The position numbers and the translations under genes are program-made. From NCBI GenBank assembly GCA_964602655.1, contig CAZRSF010000027.1, positions 3,830 through 67,829 on the forward strand: 64,000 bases of DNA, given 5' to 3'. This DNA comes from an uncultured Candidatus Moduliflexus sp. (lineage in GTDB: Bacteria; Moduliflexota; Moduliflexia; Moduliflexales; Moduliflexaceae). Below, in pieces: positions 1-8,871 of this stretch (positions within the stretch are counted from its first letter, which is position 1; each line of letters begins with the position of its first letter). The notes under the pieces are model-generated. The model saw nothing but the letters and a program-made list of their open reading frames with translations. It had not been told where the DNA came from and made no database searches.

Positions 1-624
1 AAAAAATTGCCCATTCTTATCAGCAGGGGAAATCGCATACTGAAAAGCCTGTTGCGCATCGCCAATGTCCTGATATGTAGTGGCTTCTTGAACGGCAATA
101 AGGCACCATTCCTTTTCAATTTTTTGGAAAAGATAAAAGGCGGTATCCCCACCGCACATCACCCATAGCGAAACCGTTGCAACCAGCATATCAGGATGCT
201 CTGCTGGTTGTTCGATTTGGATGTCAGTAATCTTATCGTAAGTGAAATATGCTGGTTCTACGTCATAGACATGATCATCAACAGGAATTCCTGCCTGCTG
301 TAAGGTGACAAGAACCTGCTGCCGAATATCTTGAGGCGTATTCCATTGGGCATTCATGGTTTCGAGTATGAGATCACATAACTGGTGTTTGAATTGAATT
401 AGTAGCGGTTTAACCTGTAAGGGAATTTCGCTGTCATACGCCTCAACTTTCACCTCGCGTAATTGAGATACTGTTCGAATAATCGCTTCTAAAGACCTAC
501 TTTCTCCTCTAACGGATTGGTTTCCTATAAGGAGAAATAATCCTATTGTTATTACTACTATACGACTTTTCATACGTTAGCTTTCAGCAAGCAATGGCTT
601 TCAACAATACATTGATAAAATGGG

Positions 625-2304
625 TTAACAAGATATTAAACTCTCATAAATAGCCTCTACTTTTTCCAGACGTTTCGTGAAGGAGAATTTTTCACATGCG
701 CTGCGGCGGCCATTTTCGCACAATTGTCGGGCAAAATCTTCGTCATTCAAGACCTTCAGCGTTGCCGCCGTGATGCCTGCGACATCGCCGACCTGAAACA
801 GCAGACCGTCATGCCCATCCTGAATGATTTCGCCGACGCCGCCGACTTCAGTGTAAATGATCGGCGCTTCCATCGCCATTGCCTCAAGCGCGGTGTTCGG
901 CGTCCCTTCGATGCGGGCGGTTGACAGGAACAGGTCAAGCACGGCATAAATGTTCATTGTGTCTTTGCGAAAACCGAGAAACAGAATTTTGTCCGCCAAA
1001 CCCATTTCTTGAACCTGCCGCTCCAAATCGGCGCGATCCGGGCCGTCGCCGATAATCAGAAAACAGGTGTCCGGGCGTTCGCGAATCACGTTGTTTGCGA
1101 CCGCAAGCGTCGTCGGCAAATCTTTTTCATAGCGCAAGCGCCCGACCACGCCGACGATTTTGCGGCTGGCCGGAATCTGAAATTCCTCGCGAATCGTCGA
1201 GCGCACTTTGGCGCGATTCCAGGCGTCCACGTCAATCGCGTTATGCACGACCGTGATTTTTTCCGGGCGGATGCCGCGCTTGACCATGAAATCTTTCAGC
1301 GCATACGAGACGGCGATAATTTTGTCGTAGCGTTTCAAAAAGAGCAGATTCAGCCACGTATAAAATTTCATTTTCAGGCTGTCGTGATCTTGCCACAAAT
1401 GAGCGGTAAAGAGCAGCTTGACGTTCGGGTGCGGCAGCGCGGCGAGATAGCAGACGACGCAGGTTTTATGGTCGCGGACGTGCAGGATGTCAATGTCGTA
1501 TTGCTTGATCAGGCGGTGAATTTCAACCAGATTACTCCAATCGATTTTTTTATGTTCCAGCACTTCATGAATCGTCAGGCCGCGTTCCCGCGCCCAGTCA
1601 CCGATTTGGAAGTCGTGATCGTTCGCGCCGCGCATATACATCAGCACATGCCGGAATTTTTCTTTGTTCGACCGCTCCGCAAGCAGCAGCACAGTCTTGT
1701 CCGGGCCGCCGCCAGTGGTGTAGGTGCTGCGGCATTGCATGACGTTAATCGTCGTTTTCGGTGGTTTCATTGTCCAAGTATCCTTCGTATTTTCGCCGAT
1801 GATTTTCGCCGGAACGCCGCCGACGATTTTATTATCCGGCACGGATGACACAACGACGGCGTTTGCGCCGATTTTGACGTTGTCGCCGATGGCGATGTCC
1901 CCCAACACTTTCGCGCCTGCGCCGACTAACACGTTATTTCCGACGGTCGGCGGTTCGCCCGTGCCGCCTTTATCGCCGAACGTGACGCCGTGATAGATCG
2001 TGCAATGTTCCCCCATTTTCGTGTGGGAATGAAAAATAATCCCGCCGAAATGGTGAATCCGCAGCCCTTTGCCGATGTCGGTTTCCGCCGGAATCGAGAT
2101 GCCAGTCATGATTTCGGTCAGGCGTTCGATGATAAACCGCACCGGCTGCGTCGGAATGCCGCGCACGAAAAACCAACGAAAAAAGCGATAGACCAGAATC
2201 GCCTGAAAGCCCTGCGACACGAGGCCGCGTACTAAAATCCGCAGCGGGCTGCCGCCGCCTTCTTCTTCGAATCGAGCCAAATCGGCTGCGATATATTCGA
2301 GCAT
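625..2304 (-). CDS. Fused O-acetyltransferase (serine acetyltransferase/WcaB-like hexapeptide repeat, N-terminal) and GT4 family glycosyltransferase (C-terminal)
   Basis: The ORF 625..2370 is trimmed to the ATG at 2304, which has AAAGGAG 7 nt upstream. The N-terminal ~190 aa carry the LVYRFFRWF motif and hexapeptide repeats (VGNNVLVGAGAKVLGDIAIGDNVKIGANAVV). The C-terminal part is GT1/GT4-like (RIEGTPNTALEAMAMEAPII, EVGGVGEI). Confidence 0.75.
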   Translation of the reverse strand: MLEYIAADLARFEEEGGGSPLRILVRGLVSQGFQAILVYRFFRWFFVRGIPTQPVRFIIERLTEIMTGISIPAETDIGKGLRIHHFGGIIFHSHTKMGEHCTIYHGVTFGDKGGTGEPPTVGNNVLVGAGAKVLGDIAIGDNVKIGANAVVVSSVPDNKIVGGVPAKIIGENTKDTWTMKPPKTTINVMQCRSTYTTGGGPDKTVLLLAERSNKEKFRHVLMYMRGANDHDFQIGDWARERGLTIHEVLEHKKIDWSNLVEIHRLIKQYDIDILHVRDHKTCVVCYLAALPHPNVKLLFTAHLWQDHDSLKMKFYTWLNLLFLKRYDKIIAVSYALKDFMVKRGIRPEKITVVHNAIDVDAWNRAKVRSTIREEFQIPASRKIVGVVGRLRYEKDLPTTLAVANNVIRERPDTCFLIIGDGPDRADLERQVQEMGLADKILFLGFRKDTMNIYAVLDLFLSTARIEGTPNTALEAMAMEAPIIYTEVGGVGEIIQDGHDGLLFQVGDVAGITAATLKVLNDEDFARQLCENGRRSACEKFSFTKRLEKVEAIYESLISC

Positions 2305-2406
2305 GGCCGTTCTCCTTTCGCGTTTCGACTCATTCTTTGATTCGGGATAGAGATGTTGAGTTCTTCGCACAATTGGTATTATTGTGTTTTTATACAGTGA
2401 ACGTGC

Positions 2407-2973
2407 TCATTTTTTTCGGCTATTCCGTTCTTGTAGCCAATCAAAAAACGATTCGGATTCCGAGTTACACGGGCCGATTGTTTCAAGTAAATATTTTGTA
2501 CCGGAATTCGTGGTTTTATACACGCCCTTTCCAGAGCATTGGCCGAATACTCCATGAAGCCCTTCCTGCATGCCAGCAGCAGGTTTTACATATCCCAAAT
2601 AAATATTGTTGTCAACAGATTGACAAACCATTTCAATCGTGTAGGCTTGGGGCGTCGCATTGATGCCATACCGACATGAGACGGGTAATCCCCAGGGTTT
2701 CCATCCAAGCGTTGTAAACCCTTCCGTTTCCTTCGAGCGCCACCATGCCATTTCTCCGACAGGGTCTTGGGGATACGGCTCAACCGCAATATACGTCTGA
2801 TGTTTCGCATAATACGCATCCTGTAAAACAACTATTTTTTGAATATTTGATTGAACTCTCAAATACTCTGCATTTTTTATAGAGTCAATGAAAGACTTGC
2901 CGTATGTCATGATGATGAATGCCATAAAGCAAAATATACACAGCAAAATGAATTTCATTATTTTTCGTATCAT
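2407..2973 (-). CDS. Hypothetical secreted/membrane-anchored protein in a lower-GC segment
   Basis: 188-aa ORF with an N-terminal hydrophobic signal/anchor (MKFILLCIFCFMAFIIMTYG). The surrounding ~700 bp is AT-rich relative to its neighbours. No recognisable catalytic motif. Confidence 0.45.
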   Translation of the reverse strand: MIRKIMKFILLCIFCFMAFIIMTYGKSFIDSIKNAEYLRVQSNIQKIVVLQDAYYAKHQTYIAVEPYPQDPVGEMAWWRSKETEGFTTLGWKPWGLPVSCRYGINATPQAYTIEMVCQSVDNNIYLGYVKPAAGMQEGLHGVFGQCSGKGVYKTTNSGTKYLLETIGPCNSESESFFDWLQERNSRKK

Positions 2974-3149
2974 TTTCTTTCATCTTTCATTTGATGGTGT
3001 CAAGATCATAATAGGCTTCGGTGAGAAATAACGTCGAAACGATGTTTTTTCAGCAAAGAACGTCCGTTCGAGAGACTTCTATTTTCTAATATATCTGAAA
3101 AATGCACGAGAGAAATGCCTCTTGATTCATATCAATCTCGCGTTGAAGG

Positions 3150-3560
3150 TTACATAACAAGACCAACAGCCAACAATAACGTTCGTTCCTCAATTCTCTC
3201 TGTCGTATTGAATTGCAAGAGTCGAACCGTGACGCGACCTTTGGCGGTCAATGGCACAATAAAGGCGTCGCGCAATGCAAAATGTTCTGACCATTGATCT
3301 TGGCGAGGGTTATAAAGCGGCGTAATTTCTCCTGTTTCCGGGTCTATCGAAGTCAAATCGCTTCCTTTATGTTTATTGCAGATCGCGCAGCACACAGCTA
3401 AATTCTCGAATTCGGTCGCGCCGCCGTGTTTTTGCGCAATCACATGATCGATTTCATGCGGAACAAATGCGATGCTTTCAGGAATCAGGCAATATTCGCA
3501 CACTCCATTAGTGCGGTTATAGACGCGTCGTCGCAATTCGGCTGAAATATACGTTCTCAT
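3150..3560 (-). CDS. HNH endonuclease
   Basis: CxxC...CxxC zinc ligands with an HEIDHVIAQKHGG...N HNH core (CEYC, HEIDH, CCAICNKH). 136 aa. Confidence 0.8.
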   Translation of the reverse strand: MRTYISAELRRRVYNRTNGVCEYCLIPESIAFVPHEIDHVIAQKHGGATEFENLAVCCAICNKHKGSDLTSIDPETGEITPLYNPRQDQWSEHFALRDAFIVPLTAKGRVTVRLLQFNTTERIEERTLLLAVGLVM

Positions 3561-3563
3561 ACA

Positions 3564-3923
3564 TTATGCCTGATGCAGCTTCGCATACGCTCTGGCTTTG
3601 GCAACTCGAACTAAATGTTCAAGATATTGATATTGTTCCCATTCGCGTTCTTCATCGGCATTCAGCCCAATTGTGCGGTTTTTTTCCAGCAATGCGCCGA
3701 CTCTGTTTTGCAGCGGTTTCGACGGTCGAAGCGCAAGGATTTCTTCCGGCGTTGGCAACGTTGCCAGCAGTTCCAAGACATCTGCCGCCCCTTCGAAGCC
3801 GGTTTGTTCGACGGCGTCGAATTCACGCAAGCCTAATTCCAAAATTCGCGACACCTGAGCCTCGAATGGTCGCAGACGATTTGCCAATTCTGATGAAATT
3901 TCGAATGTTATCGGAGCTAACAT
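3564..3923 (-). CDS. Small helical hypothetical protein, tightly coupled upstream of the HNH nuclease gene
   Basis: 119-aa ORF ending 3 nt before the HNH start codon. Acidic and helical, with no motif recognised. Confidence 0.5.
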   Translation of the reverse strand: MLAPITFEISSELANRLRPFEAQVSRILELGLREFDAVEQTGFEGAADVLELLATLPTPEEILALRPSKPLQNRVGALLEKNRTIGLNADEEREWEQYQYLEHLVRVAKARAYAKLHQA

Positions 3924-4009
3924 CTCTCTCCTTTATCGTGCTGTGATGAAACGGATACAGCAACGCGGTTTTAATGCCGTCAAGATCAAATCTCGATTCG
4001 TTATCATTT

Positions 4010-5905
4010 TCAGCGTTCCATGAATTGCCGAAACCAGAGTTCGAACATGAGCAGCGTCCAGAAGTTCATGCCGAAATTGCGTTCGCCGGATTGATGCTGC
4101 CGCCACATGGTTTTGACCGTTTCCGGGTTAAAAAAGCCGCGCTGCAAAGCGCGTTCCGACAGAACCGTCTCTTGCGCCAATACTTTCAAATCGTTGCGAA
4201 ACCAGGCGTTCAGCGGCGCGTCGAAGCCGCGTTTTTTGCGATAGAGAATTTCCGGCGGCAGATACGGCGTCAACGCCTTTTTCAGAATATATTTTTTCTC
4301 TTTGCCGTGCAATTTGAAGCGCGACGGAATCGAAGCGACAAACTCGACAAAGACCGGATCGAGCATCGGCGGGCGCACTTCCAGCGAATGCGCCATGCTC
4401 ATTCTGTCCACTTTGACCAGCATGTCGTCCGGCAGCAGCACTTTCAGGTCAACATATTGCACTTTCGAGAGCGGATCGTTCGTATCAGCGCGATTGTACG
4501 CGCTTTCCACGACGCTGTACGGATCGTAGCCGCCAATGGCTCGCAGCGTGTCTTGCGTCAACAATTGCCGCTCTACGTCGGGTGTCATGAACGTATTCGT
4601 CCGGTAAAAGGCGCGGGCGTGCGGCAGGGTCAGATTCGTCAAAAAGAATTTGGCGCGTAGATACCAGGGCAGCCAATCCCATTGCGGATAGATGCCCGCC
4701 AATGGCGCAATGCCCCATTGTTTCAGCGGTTGCGGAATGCGTCGCCGCAGCGATTCTTCCATCATGTCAATCGGATATTTGGAGTAGCCTGCGAAATTTT
4801 CGTCGCCTGCGTCGCCGGAAAGCGCGACGGTCACTTTTTCCCGCGACAATTTCGAGACGTAGTAGGTCGGAATCGCCGATGAATCGGCGAACGGTTCATC
4901 GAAATGCCAGACAACTTTATCAATAATGCTGACGGCATCGGCCTTGACCACGCGCTCGAAATGGTCGGTTTTATAGTAATTGCTGACGATGCGGGCGTAT
5001 TCGAGTTCGTCGAATTCCTTTTCCTCGAAGCCGATGGAGGTTGTCACGACCGGCGTCGTCATGGATTGCGCCATCATCGCGACGATGCCGCTGGAATCCA
5101 CACCGCCGCTCAGGAACGCGCCGAGCGGCACGTCGCTCATCAGGTGCATTTTGACGGTTTCTTGCAGTCGCTCGATCAGCATCTCGCTGTAATATGATTC
5201 GGGCTTCTGCTCGTTAACATGGGCGAACGAGACATCCCAGTATTCTTGAATGCGGAGGCCATTGCGGTTGCAGACCATATAATGCGCGGCGGGGAGCTTG
5301 TAGATGTTTTTATAAATCGTTTTCGGCGCGGGAATGTACGAATACATCAAATAGTCGTAAAACGCCTGATAATTGAGTTCTTTCGGCACGGTCGGGTCTT
5401 CCAGCAGGCATTTTAATTCCGAGCCGAACACGAGGCGTTTGCCGTCGGAATAATAATAGAGCGGCTTCTGGCCGATATGGTCGCGGGCGATGAAAAGCTG
5501 TTGTTTCGGCGCGTCCCAGATCGCAAACGCAAACATGCCGCGCAGATATTTGACGCATTGCTCACCGTATTCGCGATACAAATAAATGATGACTTCCGTA
5601 TCGGTGTGCGAATGAAAGCGATGCCCGCGCTGAATCAGCGGCTCGCGGTGTTCGAGATAGTTGTAAATTTCGCCATTGAAAACGATGGCGAGTTGGCGAT
5701 CCTCCGAAAACATTGGCTGACGACCTGCTTCGGACAGATCGATAATGCTCAAGCGCCGCTGTCCGAGGCCGATTGCGCCATCAATGTAAATGCCGTCGGC
5801 GTCCGGCCCGCGATGGCGAATCACATCTGTCATGCGCTGAAGCAGTTCCGGCGTGACTGGCTGCGTCTGATCTAAATAGTTAAAAACGCCCGCAATTCCG
5901 CACAC
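4010..5905 (-). CDS. asnB: Asparagine synthase (glutamine-hydrolysing)
   Basis: N-terminal MCGIAG Ntn-amidotransferase start. SGGVDSS PP-loop. 631 aa. Sits inside the polysaccharide cluster. Confidence 0.9.
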   Translation of the reverse strand: MCGIAGVFNYLDQTQPVTPELLQRMTDVIRHRGPDADGIYIDGAIGLGQRRLSIIDLSEAGRQPMFSEDRQLAIVFNGEIYNYLEHREPLIQRGHRFHSHTDTEVIIYLYREYGEQCVKYLRGMFAFAIWDAPKQQLFIARDHIGQKPLYYYSDGKRLVFGSELKCLLEDPTVPKELNYQAFYDYLMYSYIPAPKTIYKNIYKLPAAHYMVCNRNGLRIQEYWDVSFAHVNEQKPESYYSEMLIERLQETVKMHLMSDVPLGAFLSGGVDSSGIVAMMAQSMTTPVVTTSIGFEEKEFDELEYARIVSNYYKTDHFERVVKADAVSIIDKVVWHFDEPFADSSAIPTYYVSKLSREKVTVALSGDAGDENFAGYSKYPIDMMEESLRRRIPQPLKQWGIAPLAGIYPQWDWLPWYLRAKFFLTNLTLPHARAFYRTNTFMTPDVERQLLTQDTLRAIGGYDPYSVVESAYNRADTNDPLSKVQYVDLKVLLPDDMLVKVDRMSMAHSLEVRPPMLDPVFVEFVASIPSRFKLHGKEKKYILKKALTPYLPPEILYRKKRGFDAPLNAWFRNDLKVLAQETVLSERALQRGFFNPETVKTMWRQHQSGERNFGMNFWTLLMFELWFRQFMER

Positions 5906-5997
5906 AAAGAAATTCTCCTTCGTACCGGCGGACAGCCTTGTCCGCAGGGTAATTTATTCATGCATACTGGCGGACAAGGCTGTCCGCCGATACTCGC

Positions 5998-7161
5998 TTA
6001 TCGCTCCGACTTTCGTTTTGAGGCGTTGAGATAGAGGTCAACATACGCCTGCACCATTTTTTCTATTGAAAACAAGGCGTGAACCCTTTGTTTTCCGGCG
6101 TTGCCCATGCGCTGCCGCAAGGCGTTATCTTGTAATAATTGCAACAACTTGTTCGCCATGTCATCGGCGTTATCGCTTTCGACAAGAAAGCCGGTTTCGC
6201 CGTCGCTGACGACTTCCGGGTTGCCGCCGACGTTCGTCGCGACAATCGGGACGCCGACGCCCATCGCCTCAAGCAGCGTGACCGACGTCCCTTCGCTGAA
6301 GGACGAGAGCGCGAACACATCGAACGTTTGCAGCAATTCGGAAATATCCTGCCGCGCTCCGAGGAATTTGACATGCGCCGCGATGCCGAGCGAGGCCGTT
6401 AACTCTTCGAGTTTGGCGCGTTCCGGGCCGTCGCCGACAATCAGCAGATATGCGTTAGGTACTGTTTTCACAAGTTGCTGACAGGCGCGAAGCAGCATCG
6501 CATGATTTTTGATCGGGTCGAGCCGCGCCACGATGCCGAAGACCTTATCATCAGGTTGCAAGCCCAATTCGCGCCGTTTTGCAAGCCGATCTGCCGTTTT
6601 GGAAAAGCGTTCCAAATCAATGCCGTTATAGACGACGCGAATCCGCCGCGCTGGAAAATTTTCGTAATCAATCAGGCTTTGTTTCGTGCTGGCGGAAATC
6701 GTGACAATTTCCTTCGTGAACAGACTCAAAATGGGATTGCTGACGACGCGCTTGAATTTGCGGACATCCGGGTAAAAACGCCCGTGTTCCGTGAACACGA
6801 CTTCCGGGCGCGACGGCGTGAGCGTGATTTTCGAGTAGAGCGACCCCATCAGGCCGTAAAAATAGGGCGTGTATTGATGCGCGTGAATCACGTCAATCTG
6901 CTCTTTGACGATAATCTCGCGCAGTTTCGGCAAAAGCGACCAATCGAGGCCAGGAGCGCGATTCAGGACATACACCGGCACACCAGCGTCGCGCAGCTTT
7001 TCGCCGAATACGCCGATTTCATCGAGACAGCAGACGACGGGCGATACCTTGTCTCGATCTACGCGCTGCGTAATCTCATAGACTAACTTTTCCGTCCCGC
7101 CAATGACGAGGCTCAACACAAGCTGCATGACATTGATAGGCTGTTGTTTCATCATTTCCAT
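5998..7161 (-). CDS. Glycosyltransferase family 4
   Basis: GT1/GT4 C-terminal signature EGTSVTLLEAMGVGVPIVATNVGGNPEVV. 387 aa. Confidence 0.85.
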   Translation of the reverse strand: MEMMKQQPINVMQLVLSLVIGGTEKLVYEITQRVDRDKVSPVVCCLDEIGVFGEKLRDAGVPVYVLNRAPGLDWSLLPKLREIIVKEQIDVIHAHQYTPYFYGLMGSLYSKITLTPSRPEVVFTEHGRFYPDVRKFKRVVSNPILSLFTKEIVTISASTKQSLIDYENFPARRIRVVYNGIDLERFSKTADRLAKRRELGLQPDDKVFGIVARLDPIKNHAMLLRACQQLVKTVPNAYLLIVGDGPERAKLEELTASLGIAAHVKFLGARQDISELLQTFDVFALSSFSEGTSVTLLEAMGVGVPIVATNVGGNPEVVSDGETGFLVESDNADDMANKLLQLLQDNALRQRMGNAGKQRVHALFSIEKMVQAYVDLYLNASKRKSER

Positions 7162-7165
7162 TCCA

Positions 7166-7196
7166 GACTTCCGAGGTCTTCAAAAACTCGGAAGTC
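7166..7196. repeat. Palindromic element GACTTCCGAGGTCTT-loop-CTCGGAAGTC
   Basis: Perfect 10-bp inverted repeat between the Wzy stop and the GT4 start. The same stem sequence recurs at 30735-30765. Confidence 0.7.
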
Positions 7197-7202
7197 TTCC
7201 CA

Positions 7203-8645
7203 TTAAAATCGCGAAAATGCCGGGCGTCGCGTCGCCAGACGTGCTGCCGAATTTTCTTCTTCCTCATCCTCATCGGTGCCTGCAAGTTCTCGTTGCAACT
7301 GCGCTCTGCCGATATTGGTCACGACGCCGATCATGGTGGCGTGCCAATAAAAAAAGTCAACAAATTCAATGTTCAAGAAACTCATGCAGACTAACCAGCC
7401 GACGATCCCGATTTCGAGCGCGTTGGCATAATTATGCACGTTCACGCCTTGAATGATTTTCGGATACTTTTTAGGGAAACGATGCGCCTGCGACCAGCTA
7501 AAGAAGAAATACGCCGCCCAGAGTGTCGCCAACGGAATGCCGCCGCTCATCAGGAGATTGATTTGCGCATTATGAATCGCTTTGCCGCCTTTACCGTCTC
7601 CATAAATACTGGCGAAATCTTCCGGTGCCAGCACGGGCGCAATTTCGTCGAAATGCTGATAGTACATGAAGGGGTAACACCGCAAGCCAATACCTGTCCA
7701 CCAATATTGCTGATTATTGGTAAACACCGTCCATGCGCCCTGCGACATTGCAATACGTCCTGCTGAAGAGCCTTCGCGCTCCACTTGCCCGGTCTGGGTG
7801 TCCTCCTGTCCCATAATGGATTTCAGCCGGTCAGTGTATTCATCGAAGAATCCTTCGGGAGCGAGTTGAATCAGCACGATCCCCAACAATCCGCCCACAA
7901 ATACCATCGTTGCCGCCATCTTGAATTTCTGAATACCTTGCGCGCGTAAAAAGATGAGACCCATGCAGACGAACATCCCTAAAAATGCGCCGCGCGAGCC
8001 TCCGAATAAAATAAAAATTACGAAAATCAGAAAAGAGGGAATGCCGATCCAGGCACGGATCCACTTTTTTGTGCTGAAGAGGGAATAATACGCCATCGGC
8101 ACATACATCACATAGACGGACGACAGATCGTTAATATCAGAAAGCATATCGCCGCCTAATCCTTCCATGCGGCTGTTGCCGCCGAATTTCTGCTGGATGC
8201 CCCAGACGGCTAATAAGGACATCCAGATCAGCACGGCCACGTAAAATAGTTCCAATTTTTTCGGCGTACTGACTGATTTGGAGATGACAAAGCAAAACAG
8301 TGTGGTCTTCCAGAACATCGAAGACCACCTGTCGCTTTGCGGAAACTCTGAGAAATACGAGACCAGAAACATTTGCAGCAAAAAGAGGAGGAGAATAAAC
8401 ATTTGCGAGGGAACGGGATTGTCCTTCCCGTGCAAACGCTCCTTATCGCGATTGAACAGCCAGGAAAAAAAACAGACGATCTGCGTGAAGAGGTAAATAC
8501 GTCCGGCAGCCTGACGATCTCCCCACATCAGTTGCTCCGGGCGAATGACATTCATCAGCACATAGGCGACCACTCCGAAAAACGGATCGTACATCGTGAA
8601 TGGAATCGGCGACCAAAATATCAAAATGACAACCAGACGTCTCAT
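7203..8645 (-). CDS. O-antigen ligase/polymerase (Wzy-like) family membrane protein
   Basis: About 10 predicted TM helices. GGSRGAFLGMFV motif typical of the Wzy_C/O-antigen ligase domain. Acidic C-terminal tail. Confidence 0.75.
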   Translation of the reverse strand: MRRLVVILIFWSPIPFTMYDPFFGVVAYVLMNVIRPEQLMWGDRQAAGRIYLFTQIVCFFSWLFNRDKERLHGKDNPVPSQMFILLLFLLQMFLVSYFSEFPQSDRWSSMFWKTTLFCFVISKSVSTPKKLELFYVAVLIWMSLLAVWGIQQKFGGNSRMEGLGGDMLSDINDLSSVYVMYVPMAYYSLFSTKKWIRAWIGIPSFLIFVIFILFGGSRGAFLGMFVCMGLIFLRAQGIQKFKMAATMVFVGGLLGIVLIQLAPEGFFDEYTDRLKSIMGQEDTQTGQVEREGSSAGRIAMSQGAWTVFTNNQQYWWTGIGLRCYPFMYYQHFDEIAPVLAPEDFASIYGDGKGGKAIHNAQINLLMSGGIPLATLWAAYFFFSWSQAHRFPKKYPKIIQGVNVHNYANALEIGIVGWLVCMSFLNIEFVDFFYWHATMIGVVTNIGRAQLQRELAGTDEDEEEENSAARLATRRPAFSRF

Positions 8646-8871
8646 CGAACCTCTCCGACCGTGAACCTCTTCGAGTACATTCTCCTAATTCAACAACGAT
8701 GATTTTTTATGACGTTTTCGTGTCGCATTGTCAAGCTATTTTTAGAAGAAGATGATGGAAAGGCGCTGAAACGATGATTTTCAGCGAAGATGCGACCTGA
8801 GATGTTCGGGCGGCTTCTCTTGACGTAATTAGTTGTTGACAGTTTGCTTTTCATCTGACAGAAGGGTATGT

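Noticed and set aside
1009-2235. Plus-strand ORFs 1009..1848, 1724..1993 and 1990..2235 overlapping the acetyltransferase-GT gene
   Set aside because: They are antisense overlaps with a well-supported coding sequence and have no RBS or domain signal.
4302-7086. Numerous 60-230-aa plus-strand ORFs inside asnB and GT4
   Set aside because: They are antisense to strongly supported genes and have no motifs.
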